From IMG/VR virus record IMGVR_UViG_3300025138_000013: 64,000 nt of DNA, one strand, 5' to 3'. Position numbers and translations under genes: made by a program. Source of the stretch: a virus. Under the pieces are notes generated by a model that ran no database searches, was not told the DNA's origin, and was given only the letters and a program-made list of their open reading frames with translations. Every line of letters starts with the position of its first letter. Position 1 is the stretch's first letter. Shown here piece after piece: positions 19,395-29,608 of the stretch.

Positions 19395-19571
19395 ATGACT
19401 ACTAACTTGAAATCAACAGACGTGATAAGTGCAATTGAGGAAAAGATTGCACTGAAGAAGAAACTCCGAGAAGCTAAAAGAAAACATGATGACTCGGCCT
19501 CAAAGAAATTATCAAAAAAAATTGATAAAATTGACGATAAATTACATTCGACACCGCTCTCTAAACCATAA
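19395..19571 (+). CDS. Small basic coiled-coil protein (58 aa, not in ORF track)
   Basis: MTTNLKSTDVISAIEEKIALKKKLREAKRK...PLSKP after a late promoter. Confidence 0.6.
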   Translation: MTTNLKSTDVISAIEEKIALKKKLREAKRKHDDSASKKLSKKIDKIDDKLHSTPLSKP

Positions 19572-19601
19572 ATAATTACGTAAACACATACGGAGTTATA
19601 C

Positions 19602-19991
19602 ATGTCAGAACTTACAGACCTACTTGCAGTTCAAACTGCAGCTAAAAACAAATTACTAAATCAATTAGATTGGCATAATGGAGTCGATAAGACTTATTTT
19701 GTAGGTGAATCTAAATCAGATACAACTCCAGCAGAGTGGAATGGAGCTGGTAGAAAGGCCTTCTTAATTTGGCATAATGCACAGGGTGTAAACGAAAACG
19801 ATTTAGACCAACAGTTTGTAGACATGTATGCAGAAATGCAATCAACAGATAACTCTTCTCCATCAAATGACTTCCAATATAATTCAGAACTCGTATCAAC
19901 CATTCAAGGTTCAATAGATTCGTATACAGCAGACATGGCTAACATCCAAGCAAGAATCGACGCAGGTGACACAACTATAGCAGACAGCTAA
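19602..19991 (+). CDS. Hypothetical protein
   Basis: GGAG RBS; ATAAATA upstream. Confidence 0.75.
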   Translation: MSELTDLLAVQTAAKNKLLNQLDWHNGVDKTYFVGESKSDTTPAEWNGAGRKAFLIWHNAQGVNENDLDQQFVDMYAEMQSTDNSSPSNDFQYNSELVSTIQGSIDSYTADMANIQARIDAGDTTIADS

Positions 19992-20006
19992 AAAATGCAT
20001 AAATAG

Positions 20007-20035
20007 TAGACAAGGACACCATTTTGGTGTATAAT
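20007..20035 (+). promoter_or_regulatory. Sigma70-type promoter
   Basis: TAGACA-N17-TATAAT; ATG 7 nt downstream. Confidence 0.6.
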
Positions 20036-20042
20036 ACCTACT

Positions 20043-21245
20043 ATGAGTGCAAAAAACTTACATTTAGAACATCTAGAAGACGAAATCATCAATCAAGGAA
20101 TTGATGGTGGTCGTGGTGCAATTAACTTTCTTCAAGGTTTAAGAGACATGATGAAGGGCAATTCTTCTAGTTCTGTAAACATGACTGTTAAATGGGATGG
20201 AGCTCCTGCAATCTTTTGTGGAAGACATCCCGAAACAAATCAATTTTTTGTTGCAAAGAAATCATTATTCAATAAGACACCATTGTTCTATACTTCTGAA
20301 CATGATATAAAAAATGCAGAAGAACTAAGTGGACAACTCAAAGAGAAATTCTTAACATCATTCAAATATCTATCTAAACTATCTTGGTCAAATGTCATGC
20401 AAGGTGACTTGATGTATACAAACGATAAGAAAACACAAAAGATAGATGGTAAATCATTCATAACATTTCAACCAAACACAATCTTATATGCAGTTGACGA
20501 AACCTCAAACCTTGGTAAAGTTATAGCTGGTTCTAAGATGGGTATTGTATTCCATACCACATACGAGGGTAGTACTATAGAAGGATTGGGTGCATCATTT
20601 GGTGCAAACATATCTAAGTTAGGTTCTAGTAGTGATGTATGGATAGATGATGCATCATACAAAGATGTCAGTGGTAATAGTTCAATGACTTCAAAGGAGA
20701 CACTCAAACTAACACAAGAGTTGACTGCAACAGGTAAAGCATTCCACGGTATCACTAAGAAAGACCTACAGAAGTTCCAAGACATACAGATGACTATCAC
20801 AAAGAAAGGTGCTGGTGCATCCTATAAGACTTACTGCAACTCATTAATCAGACAAGGTAAGTTCAATCCATCATTCGATGGTTACATTAAACACTTTGAA
20901 GGATATTGGAAAGATAAAGTTGTTGGTGGTGTTAAAACAGAGAAACACAAATTAATTAAAACAGAGATTGGTGAAGACCTTTCAAGAGAACTTAGAGGTC
21001 TTAAAAAGTTTATTACTAATCTCACTAGTTTCATGGGTCACTTGGTAGTTGCAAAACAGATTATTATTGTTGCCCTAAATAGAGTAAAGAGTATCGGAAC
21101 ATTCAAAAAGACTGCAAACGGATTCGAAGCAGTTAACCCCGAAGGTTACGTTGCAATCGACAGAACAGGTAAAGCTGTTAAACTTGTAGACCGTATGGAA
21201 TTTGCATTTAACAACTTCACTGCAATCAAAAATTGGGATAAGTAA
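20043..21245 (+). CDS. T4-like phage protein with ligase/nucleotidyltransferase-like motifs
   Basis: KWDG (motif I KxDG), QGDLM, PEGYV (motif IV-like), VKLV (motif V-like). Confidence 0.6.
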   Translation: MSAKNLHLEHLEDEIINQGIDGGRGAINFLQGLRDMMKGNSSSSVNMTVKWDGAPAIFCGRHPETNQFFVAKKSLFNKTPLFYTSEHDIKNAEELSGQLKEKFLTSFKYLSKLSWSNVMQGDLMYTNDKKTQKIDGKSFITFQPNTILYAVDETSNLGKVIAGSKMGIVFHTTYEGSTIEGLGASFGANISKLGSSSDVWIDDASYKDVSGNSSMTSKETLKLTQELTATGKAFHGITKKDLQKFQDIQMTITKKGAGASYKTYCNSLIRQGKFNPSFDGYIKHFEGYWKDKVVGGVKTEKHKLIKTEIGEDLSRELRGLKKFITNLTSFMGHLVVAKQIIIVALNRVKSIGTFKKTANGFEAVNPEGYVAIDRTGKAVKLVDRMEFAFNNFTAIKNWDK

Positions 21246-22528
21246 TGAAAGAATTCGGTAAATTTTTAACAGAAGCAAAAGACAAGGGTGTTGTATTTAC
21301 ATTCGGTAGATTCAACCCACCCACAACAGGTCATGCAAAATTAGTAGACAAGCTTAAAAAAGAAACCAGCGGTGGTTATCAACCAATGCTTTTCTCATCT
21401 CATTCAAACGACAAAAAGAAAAATCCATTAGACCATAAACTCAAAGTAAAATATCTTAAGAAATTCTTTGGTAAGATAGTTGCAGATGTACAAGCACGTA
21501 CTGTATTTGAGATTGCAAATGAATTACATAAACAAAATTTCAAACGTGTTAAGATGGTAGTTGGTTCAGACAGAATTAAAGAATTTGAAATGTTACTGAA
21601 GAAGTACAACGGAGTTAAAGCAAGGCACGGCTACTATAAATTTGATGATATACAAATTGTATCAGCAGGGGAGAGAGACCCCGATGCAGATGACCTAAGT
21701 GGAATGAGTGCATCTAAATTAAGAGCTCTTGCAGAAGTCGGTGATTTTAAAGCATTTGCACAAGGTGTTCCGACTAGGAATAAAAAAGATATTGAACAAC
21801 TATACAAAGACATCCGTAGAGGGATGGGAATTGTTGAGTCATCTTTACCCGACTATATGATTGAAGATTTAATTACTGAAGGAGTCTATGACCAAGGAAC
21901 ATTCAAAGCAGTGTTTTTCTCGGGTGGCCCAGGCAGTGGTAAGTCAACAGTGGTACAAAAGTTATCACTAAAGGCATTAGGACTGAAGATGGTAAACACC
22001 GATGCAGCTTTTGAAAATGGATTAAAAAAGGCAGGAATGTCACTTGATTTACGTGGTGCAGACTTTGATAAAGTTGACCCTATTCGTGCAAAAGCAAAGA
22101 GTATCACTACAAAGAATATGAACAACTATATTGGTGGTAGACTTGGAATGATATTTGATACTACTAGTGCAAACATTGCTAAAGTACAGAAATATAAGAA
22201 GTCATTAGATGCATTAGGATATGAATCTAAAATGATATACGTAAGTGCATCACTAGACAATGCACAAAAGAGAAATGCATCAAGACCTAGAAAATTACCA
22301 GCTGAGATAGTAAAATCAGATTGGGAAAAATCTAGAAAGAATGCAGCTGCACTGAAAAAAATCTTTAGTAGAGATTATATAGAAGTCACAAACGATGAAG
22401 GATTAAAGGAACTAGATAAAGCTGCAACTAAGATGTACACAAAATTACTTGGTTGGACTGGTGCATTCCCAAGTAATAAGAAAGCACTTGCATGGAAACA
22501 AGCAGAACTGGATGCTAAAAAACGATAA
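21245..22528 (+). CDS. HIGH-type nucleotidyltransferase fused to a P-loop (zeta-toxin/AAA_33-like) kinase
   Basis: FGRFNPPTTGH, VVGSDR, SAGERDPD, MSASKLR; then GGPGSGKST, VNTD, IFDTT. Confidence 0.85.
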   Translation: MKEFGKFLTEAKDKGVVFTFGRFNPPTTGHAKLVDKLKKETSGGYQPMLFSSHSNDKKKNPLDHKLKVKYLKKFFGKIVADVQARTVFEIANELHKQNFKRVKMVVGSDRIKEFEMLLKKYNGVKARHGYYKFDDIQIVSAGERDPDADDLSGMSASKLRALAEVGDFKAFAQGVPTRNKKDIEQLYKDIRRGMGIVESSLPDYMIEDLITEGVYDQGTFKAVFFSGGPGSGKSTVVQKLSLKALGLKMVNTDAAFENGLKKAGMSLDLRGADFDKVDPIRAKAKSITTKNMNNYIGGRLGMIFDTTSANIAKVQKYKKSLDALGYESKMIYVSASLDNAQKRNASRPRKLPAEIVKSDWEKSRKNAAALKKIFSRDYIEVTNDEGLKELDKAATKMYTKLLGWTGAFPSNKKALAWKQAELDAKKR

Positions 22529-22536
22529 ATAGTATT

Positions 22537-23487
22537 ATGGACATATTAGAATCTATACTTAACGAAAGAAAGGTCAAACAAGACAAAGACATTGAAGACC
22601 GTAAAGGTACTCAACCATCCAAGTATTACGCAAAGGATGCTGATGGTGACGAAATGTCTAAGTCTACCAAACAAAAACGTGCAGCTCATTTTGCACAGAA
22701 AAAAGACGGCCCTGCACCTGGCGACCATGATGCAGATACTAAACCTTCCAAACATACTAAAAAGTACAAAGATATGTACGAAGATGCTGGTAAGTCACTT
22801 GCAAAGAAAGCTGATAAATCGGGGATATCAAAAGGTATTCTACAACAGGTTTATAACAGAGGTGTGGCTGCATGGAAGACTGGTCATAGGCCAGGCACTA
22901 CTCCAGAGCAGTGGGGACATGCAAGAGTAAATTCATTCATCACCAAAGGTAAAGGAACATGGGGTGGTGCAGACAAAGACCTTGCAAAGAAAGCTGGTGC
23001 ATCTGAATCAGTCCAAGAAGGTAAATTAGTTACTAGTGCTCAAGACATCATTGCTCTAATTTTGAAAAAAGTTGGTCAAAAAATGGAAGATGAGTTTACA
23101 AAGAATCCCGAAAAAGGTATTGGCCTTATCAATACAATCGGTGCAATGGTTAAACATAAAGTTACCAATAAGAAACAAGAGAAAGGTAAACTATTTCTTA
23201 AATTCGGTGACAATCTAGAGGGTGATTTATTAGAAGATGCAGCCGTAGATGCAGCGGAGTTAAAAGCAAAACAAGCAGGTGAACTCGAACGTCTTAAACT
23301 AAGACAAGAGGACGAACTCGAAGCATTGACTAAAAGACACGAAAGAGAAACAGAAAGAGTCGATGGTCAGAAAGAGAAAGAGACTGCAGACAAACAAATT
23401 CAATCAAAACGTGATGCAGACAGAAAGAAAGCAGAAACGAAATCAGAAAGTTATAAAACTATTTTAAAGGTAAGGGGAATAAAATGA
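22537..23487 (+). CDS. Hypothetical, probable virion internal protein
   Basis: Late promoter at 22525; highly charged; xxE junction motifs. Confidence 0.7.
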   Translation: MDILESILNERKVKQDKDIEDRKGTQPSKYYAKDADGDEMSKSTKQKRAAHFAQKKDGPAPGDHDADTKPSKHTKKYKDMYEDAGKSLAKKADKSGISKGILQQVYNRGVAAWKTGHRPGTTPEQWGHARVNSFITKGKGTWGGADKDLAKKAGASESVQEGKLVTSAQDIIALILKKVGQKMEDEFTKNPEKGIGLINTIGAMVKHKVTNKKQEKGKLFLKFGDNLEGDLLEDAAVDAAELKAKQAGELERLKLRQEDELEALTKRHERETERVDGQKEKETADKQIQSKRDADRKKAETKSESYKTILKVRGIK

Positions 23488-23978
23488 GTGGGAACAAACA
23501 TGATAACGGAGTCCATGAAGTTGGAACAGACGAAACCAAAAAGGCATATCAAGAAGATACTCCAGGCCAACAGGTAGAGGAATATCTATCACAGGTCAAG
23601 GTTGTCAATGAAGAGAGACAAAAGAAACACTTCTCTACTAAGTACCCTAATCCATTAAAAGGATTCCCTTACAATGAAGAGAAACTAGAAGAAGCATGTT
23701 GGGATGGTTACGTTCAGAAAGGATTCAAAACAAAAAATGGTAAACAAGTACCAAACTGTGTCCCTATAGGTGAAGAAATACAAGAAGCATTTAGACCTAA
23801 CCCCGAATTAAGAGATGTTAAGAAACTTGATAAAATGCTAGAGAGTGCATACAAAAGTATGAACAAATTACAAAATGGTAAATCCCTCTATCTGAGAAAA
23901 TGCAATGATGGTATTGTAGACGCTAGAAGAGCTTTAGACGAATATGTTGATGCTATTGAGAGCGGAAAGCTTGACTAA
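23484..23978 (+). CDS. Hypothetical protein (CWDGY...VPNCV motif)
   Basis: Overlapping ORF in the late block. Confidence 0.7.
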   Translation: MSGNKHDNGVHEVGTDETKKAYQEDTPGQQVEEYLSQVKVVNEERQKKHFSTKYPNPLKGFPYNEEKLEEACWDGYVQKGFKTKNGKQVPNCVPIGEEIQEAFRPNPELRDVKKLDKMLESAYKSMNKLQNGKSLYLRKCNDGIVDARRALDEYVDAIESGKLD

Positions 23979-24511
23979 TGAAGACCTTTCACGAACTGGC
24001 TATACACGAGACAGTTGATAGTCTACAAGAGACTAACACTAATATAACCGACAATCCTTTTAGATTGGGTTCTATGATGTATTTTGAAGTCATCAAAGAG
24101 GCAAGGAAGAGATTAAGTGAGGATAGATACGTACTTACAGAGGTTGATAAACAAATCCTAGAGACAGACTTAGGTGAGTTTGAGGTCTATGAGGGTAACA
24201 TGGTTCCTCTAGATTGTCCTATGATTATAGAAGAAGAAGAAAAGGAACCCGAACTCAATAAACCCAAAGTCGGTGGTAGTAAGAAATACTATGTCTATGT
24301 AAAGGACGGTGACAAGATTAAGAAGATATCTTGGGGTGATACTACAGGGTTAAAAGTAAAGTTAAAAAATGACAAAGCAAGAAAGAGCTTTGTTGCAAGA
24401 CACCAGTGTTCTACTAAGAACGACAAGACTACGGCAGGCTATTGGGCATGTCGATTACCATACTACGCAAAACAATTAGGTTTGAGTGGTGGGGGAGATT
24501 TTTTTTGGTAG
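23978..24511 (+). CDS. Hypothetical protein
   Basis: KKYYVYV, ARKSFVARHQC, AGYWAC; CTS-like N-terminus MKTFHELAIHE. Confidence 0.75.
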   Translation: MKTFHELAIHETVDSLQETNTNITDNPFRLGSMMYFEVIKEARKRLSEDRYVLTEVDKQILETDLGEFEVYEGNMVPLDCPMIIEEEEKEPELNKPKVGGSKKYYVYVKDGDKIKKISWGDTTGLKVKLKNDKARKSFVARHQCSTKNDKTTAGYWACRLPYYAKQLGLSGGGDFFW

Positions 24512-24538
24512 TCTAAATATAGGTGTAGGTTATACATT

Positions 24539-24799
24539 ATGAAAGAATTATATCACACATACGTGAAAGATGCAAGAGAAGCAAAGGTCTATAAAACTTC
24601 AAAAGGATTTGAAGTTGACCTCAAAGAATTAGGTACAGGTAAGAAAGGACGCAGAGCGGTCTATGACCATTCTGAATCGTATGCAGAGAATTTAGCAGAG
24701 AACTTCGTCGAAGGAATGTTCGACTTAGAACCGAACGATATTGGGTACTATGGTTACAAACAAAAGTCAAACAACTATGTTAAAGGACTTGACGACTAA
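24539..24799 (+). CDS. Hypothetical protein
   Basis: ORF after a CTAAATA motif. Confidence 0.7.
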   Translation: MKELYHTYVKDAREAKVYKTSKGFEVDLKELGTGKKGRRAVYDHSESYAENLAENFVEGMFDLEPNDIGYYGYKQKSNNYVKGLDD

Positions 24800-25076
24800 A
24801 CCTTATACCGAAAGGGTAGAGGAACAACATGGTACAGGTGTACCTTACGTTATAAGAGAGTTCGAGGACAGTGTATTGGAAGAAGAACTGGTCTGGCATA
24901 GAGACAAAGAGTCTCGACAGGTTAGCGTATTAAGTGGTAGTAACTGGTCATTACAACATGATGACGAGTTACCTATATTATTAAATCAAGGAGAAGAGTA
25001 TTATATTCCTAAAATGACCTACCACAGGTTGATAAAAGGACAAGGAAATCTTGTTGTTAGGATACGAATTACATAA
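24777..25076 (+). CDS. Small cupin-like protein (start uncertain)
   Basis: WHRD-E ... YIPKMTYHRLIKG cupin-type histidine pattern. Confidence 0.6.
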   Translation: MLKDLTTKPYTERVEEQHGTGVPYVIREFEDSVLEEELVWHRDKESRQVSVLSGSNWSLQHDDELPILLNQGEEYYIPKMTYHRLIKGQGNLVVRIRIT

Positions 25077-25084
25077 ATAAGACT

Positions 25085-25630
25085 ATGAGTTATAAATCAG
25101 AAAATTGGAAGGACAAACTGGATGAAGTCCGTAACTACGTGGAACCACGTAAAGATGGCACGTTAGAAAAGACTGCAGAAGACATCATTTCAGACGAAAT
25201 TGAGGCCTTAGTAGCTCATCTTGAGGAAGATTTAAGTACTGAAGACACTCTTCCCGAAGTAGAAGATATAGAAGAATTTATTGTTGAAGAGGGAATGGGA
25301 GATAAAATCTCTAAACTTTTCAAAACTAAGGACAAAAAAGAAGTCAATGGTATTGCAAATCTTATGAACATGACAGATGTCAAAGTTCTACAAGCTATGC
25401 AGAAACAAAATCCTAAAGGATTCAAAAGAATGACTGCAAAGATGGGTGAACTTCCAGCAATGGAAGAGGTTCAAGAAGAAGTCATAGAAGAGAACACATC
25501 TCTCGAAAAGACAGTTGAAAAATTAACAGAAAAAAACATGTTAGGTAGACTTGCAAAGTCTTTACGTCTTGATGAAGAAGGTAAAGAAAAAATGTTTGAC
25601 TACTTCAAAAAAGGAGAATTAGAACAATGA
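25085..25630 (+). CDS. Hypothetical, probable virion internal protein
   Basis: Late promoter at 25073; Glu-rich. Confidence 0.7.
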   Translation: MSYKSENWKDKLDEVRNYVEPRKDGTLEKTAEDIISDEIEALVAHLEEDLSTEDTLPEVEDIEEFIVEEGMGDKISKLFKTKDKKEVNGIANLMNMTDVKVLQAMQKQNPKGFKRMTAKMGELPAMEEVQEEVIEENTSLEKTVEKLTEKNMLGRLAKSLRLDEEGKEKMFDYFKKGELEQ

Positions 25631-26811
25631 AATTTGAAGGATTAGGACATGGTTTATCCGACTCTTTACTCGCAGCTGCTAACGCAATTGTATTGGAAAG
25701 TGGTGATTATAAGAAGTTCTTTCAAGCTGCACTAAAGAAGTTTGGAGTAACATCTCCAGCAGAACTTAAGGGTGACAAAGAGAAAGAATTCTATGATTAC
25801 ATCGATAAGAACTGGGACGGTAAAGACGAGAAGAAAGAAGCAAAGATAGACGAAGATGTTCGAGATATGAAAAACTTCAAAAATAAAGACCGTAGAGGTC
25901 ATGAGGCTAGTTTATATATCGAAACAAAGGGTAAAATTTCCAAAGATGAATTAACAGTTATAGATAAACTAATTAGTAAAATTAGGAAAATGCATGTAAC
26001 TAGTTTTGATGGTGCATCTGATGAACCAAATTCTTTAGAATTTTACGGTGACGAAAAGTCTTTAGACAAATTTATTTCTGATAGAAATGTACAAAAGATT
26101 GTTAAAAAGTATAAGGGTAAGGTAAACGGCCCAACGAAAAACGAATCAGTTAGAATTGAAGAAGTCTTACCAACACCAATTGACGGTGTCGCAGAATCAG
26201 AAACATTTAACGAGAAGGCTGGAAAGTATGCAAAATACTCAGACCTTCTTATGCAAAAAGCAAGACTAGTTGCACAAGGCCCAGCTGCCACAAAAGAAGT
26301 TGGTGACATCAACAAGAAGATTGCATCCGAGATTAAGAAACTTGGTATCAAAGAAGACAAAGGATTTGAAAGAATTCTTATGGCTGTATTCGAAGGACAG
26401 ATAGAAGAGAAAGCAAAACCTTCAAAAAAGTTTATTAAACTTGGTGACGAAAAAAAAAATGTAAATGAAGGTAGTAGAGATTACTACAAACAAGCTGATG
26501 CTTTAATCTCTAAACATGGTGAAGAAAAAGCATTTGTATACAAAGCACCTAAACTTAATAAAATAGTAAAGGAACTACAAAACCTCATCAAAAAAGAAGT
26601 TAAAGCAGGTTTCAAAGAGTCTAAAAAACAAGGTGAGACAGTAATAAAACAATTACAAAAGTTAGAAGTAATGGGTTATGATGAGAATATCGTTATGACA
26701 AACAAACAGCATTCTAAGTTTAAGTTTGATGGTGATACTGCATTTAGAGAAGAGATGGCAGAAATCATCATGCAAGATGCGATTCTATCATACGCAATAT
26801 TTGGAGAGTAG
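25627..26811 (+). CDS. Hypothetical, probable virion internal protein
   Basis: K/E-rich with repeated (I/V/L)xE boundaries. Confidence 0.7.
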   Translation: MKFEGLGHGLSDSLLAAANAIVLESGDYKKFFQAALKKFGVTSPAELKGDKEKEFYDYIDKNWDGKDEKKEAKIDEDVRDMKNFKNKDRRGHEASLYIETKGKISKDELTVIDKLISKIRKMHVTSFDGASDEPNSLEFYGDEKSLDKFISDRNVQKIVKKYKGKVNGPTKNESVRIEEVLPTPIDGVAESETFNEKAGKYAKYSDLLMQKARLVAQGPAATKEVGDINKKIASEIKKLGIKEDKGFERILMAVFEGQIEEKAKPSKKFIKLGDEKKNVNEGSRDYYKQADALISKHGEEKAFVYKAPKLNKIVKELQNLIKKEVKAGFKESKKQGETVIKQLQKLEVMGYDENIVMTNKQHSKFKFDGDTAFREEMAEIIMQDAILSYAIFGE

Positions 26812-26812
26812 A

Positions 26813-28219
26813 ATGAATTTATTTCATGAAGCAAAGAAAGTTTTAGATAAGGATGGTAAAGTCAATCCTTTGGGCCCATATGGGAAACAAAAACTTACAG
26901 GTAGAGAGGTATCTACATACTTCAGAAGAAATAAAGTCAGTGACCCCGAAGTTAAGAAAGCTGTAGAAGTTGCACTTGACCTTGGTGGTGCAGACACTAT
27001 TGCAAGACAAGAAATTAAAAAGTTCTACGGTGATAAGATTCTAAAATCAAAAGAAGTTCAGAATGCATTGAAGTATGCAAACGAAGAATTCCAATTTCAA
27101 GAAGATTACAAAAAAGTAATCAAAATGTATCCAAGAGATAAAGACTGGAAGAAACTCATCACAAAACACAGAAAAGCAATTGATGATTTCAGAAAGAACA
27201 ACAAAGATTTACCTAAAAAGGTAGAAGACGATTTAATAGGTTGGGCATCAACAACTGGAGCAGTTGGTCATAAAGACGATGTAGAAGACTTCATAATGGA
27301 CATCCTTGATGAAGGCATCATTTCCGAGAAGTTCAAACCTTACAGTGACAAACAGTATCCTAGATGTGTAGACTTCTACATTCAATTCAGAGGTGGTAAA
27401 GGAGACAGAATCACTTCAGAAGAGAATAAGAAAGACTTCATTAAAGCAACAGATATGATTGATGCATACTGTAAGAAAAACAAAATCAAACAAAAACCAG
27501 TTTACTCAACACCAATGGAAGGTTCAAGTGCATACAAAGTCGGTCTTATGATTGACAAATCTTACAGCAAAACAACCGATTATGATGATGGTAAGGACTT
27601 ACAACCTTTATATGTTGCATTAAGTAAACTAAAGACTGCAGAAGACCACGGTGGTGGTTGGAGTGTTATGGTACCTAAAGGATTAGGCCCAGTTAAAGAA
27701 GACGAAGTAGAAGAAGGTAAAGATAAAATCAAATACCGTGGTAATCTAAAAGGATTAAAAGAAGGAACTATAACAGAAGCTAAGAACCTTATGCCTGCAA
27801 TTCAAAAGATTGTAGACACTAAAGGTGCAGCCAAAGTTGGTGGAGTCATGTTAGATATGTTTACTGCATCTATGATTACAACAGTTTATGATAAAGTAAA
27901 CGACCAAAACAAGAGTAGAATGGAGAAATCAAACATTCAAACTCTAGTACACATTGCACATAAAGTAATGGGTGTTAAAGAATCAATTAATGAAGAGATG
28001 ATTTCTTACAGAGTTAAAGGAATGCAGAGACCCGAAGAAGAAAAATTTAAAAAGTCTGCAAAGATGATGGGTCTAAAGATTACTATGGATAAAGGTAAGA
28101 AAGATACAGTAATCGTTATGAGTGGAACTAAGAAGAAACTCAGAGACTTTGATGCAGTTGCAAGAGGCAAATCATCATATGGTGACCCTTCAACAATTAT
28201 GCATTTTGACGAGAAGTAG
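26813..28219 (+). CDS. Hypothetical multi-segment protein, probable virion internal protein
   Basis: ATG 1 nt after the previous stop with GGAG RBS; segments separated by xxE motifs. Confidence 0.7.
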   Translation: MNLFHEAKKVLDKDGKVNPLGPYGKQKLTGREVSTYFRRNKVSDPEVKKAVEVALDLGGADTIARQEIKKFYGDKILKSKEVQNALKYANEEFQFQEDYKKVIKMYPRDKDWKKLITKHRKAIDDFRKNNKDLPKKVEDDLIGWASTTGAVGHKDDVEDFIMDILDEGIISEKFKPYSDKQYPRCVDFYIQFRGGKGDRITSEENKKDFIKATDMIDAYCKKNKIKQKPVYSTPMEGSSAYKVGLMIDKSYSKTTDYDDGKDLQPLYVALSKLKTAEDHGGGWSVMVPKGLGPVKEDEVEEGKDKIKYRGNLKGLKEGTITEAKNLMPAIQKIVDTKGAAKVGGVMLDMFTASMITTVYDKVNDQNKSRMEKSNIQTLVHIAHKVMGVKESINEEMISYRVKGMQRPEEEKFKKSAKMMGLKITMDKGKKDTVIVMSGTKKKLRDFDAVARGKSSYGDPSTIMHFDEK

Positions 28220-28222
28220 GTA

Positions 28223-28768
28223 ATGAGTGTCAAAGGTGATGCAAGATACAAACTTTTTAAGGAGAAACTTAAGAAGTTAGGGTACATCAAAGATGCTGCA
28301 AAGAAGACCAATGCCGTAATGGAGAAGGCTTCAGATTTTGCAATGATGAGTGACGGTGGCAATAAGAAGATTGCACGTGCAGTATCAAAGGCAAAATCAG
28401 AAAAAGAATTGCGTGCGATGATACAGAAAATCAGTACAATGGCTGGTGGAAAGTATTCAGAAGCACAAGAGGATGAGGTAGTCGATAGAGCAATTGATGC
28501 TTTTAACTCAAAAGCAGCGGGAATGCAATTAAGACCCGATGCAAATGTTCTTGTTCAGTTATCAAAAATGATTGATACTAAACGAGATACAGAAGTAAGA
28601 ACGGACGACATGAAAAAGTTGAAGGTAAAGCATCAAGATGCAGAAAAAGTTTATCAGGCATTAATGTCTGTTAAGCCCGCCTTAAGAGATAAATACTCAC
28701 GACTTTTACAAAAAGATATAAAATCTTTTAAAAAGACTTTTGATACAATATTAAGAGTCGCTAAATAA
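28223..28768 (+). CDS. Hypothetical basic protein
   Basis: ORF continuing the late block. Confidence 0.7.
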   Translation: MSVKGDARYKLFKEKLKKLGYIKDAAKKTNAVMEKASDFAMMSDGGNKKIARAVSKAKSEKELRAMIQKISTMAGGKYSEAQEDEVVDRAIDAFNSKAAGMQLRPDANVLVQLSKMIDTKRDTEVRTDDMKKLKVKHQDAEKVYQALMSVKPALRDKYSRLLQKDIKSFKKTFDTILRVAK

Positions 28769-28788
28769 ATCTATAACGGAGAAATAAA

Positions 28789-29361
28789 ATGGCACTTTGG
28801 GGACATACAAGTGGTTCAGAATCAAAACCTAACTGGTTAACTGACGCCGAAAAAACAAACACTCAAGCTAAACCATATGGTTGGGAATTAAAAAAAGTAG
28901 TGGGTTCAAGAACATTGACTGAAACATTAGTCGCATGGTCTAGTTCTGCACTTACAACTGCTCTTGGAGCAGCTAATATCACTGATATTGATTGGATTTC
29001 CACTGCACATGATGTGTCTAATGGTTCTACACTATCTGCAAAAGTTATCTTTAACGAAGCAGTAGACGTTACTGGAACACCTCAACTATCAGTTACCAAC
29101 GGTAACCAAGGTACTGGAAGTGGAAGAGGCCCACATGTATTATCATATGCAAGTGGAACAGGTACTAACGAACTAACGTTCAATCTAGTAGTTGGAGCTG
29201 CATCAGCTTCAATCGCTGCAGATGACCAGTTAGTCTTTGGTGCAAACCCAGTATCACTAAACAGTGGAACTATTAAAGACAAAGGTACCTCAACTGTATC
29301 AACAATTACCTCAGTAGCAGGTATTGGAACTGCAGCTGGGAAAATTACTGCAGTAGCTTAA
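28789..29361 (+). CDS. Virion structural protein (Ig-like/beta-rich)
   Basis: MALWG N-terminus; FNEAVDVTGTP, YASGTGTNELTF; Thr/Ser/Gly-rich; late promoter upstream. Confidence 0.65.
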   Translation: MALWGHTSGSESKPNWLTDAEKTNTQAKPYGWELKKVVGSRTLTETLVAWSSSALTTALGAANITDIDWISTAHDVSNGSTLSAKVIFNEAVDVTGTPQLSVTNGNQGTGSGRGPHVLSYASGTGTNELTFNLVVGAASASIAADDQLVFGANPVSLNSGTIKDKGTSTVSTITSVAGIGTAAGKITAVA

Positions 29362-29368
29362 TTAAGTA

Positions 29369-29596
29369 ATGGCGTACGTAGCAGTCACAGGTTCGGGCGG
29401 AATTTGGGAGTATGAAAACTCTGCAACTAAATCAGATGCAGATACATACTCCGAATCTAACGGAACTGTTACGGCGGGTATTAGAACATTTACATCGATT
29501 GGTGGTAACACTGAAAGATACTACATTAAATGTAGAAAGGTCGGTGAAACAATAGTTCGTGGTGAATTAAATAAAAACTACTACGACGCAAAATAG
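29369..29596 (+). CDS. Small hypothetical structural protein
   Basis: ORF in the late block. Confidence 0.65.
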   Translation: MAYVAVTGSGGIWEYENSATKSDADTYSESNGTVTAGIRTFTSIGGNTERYYIKCRKVGETIVRGELNKNYYDAK

Positions 29597-29608
29597 GAAT
29601 AAAAAATT

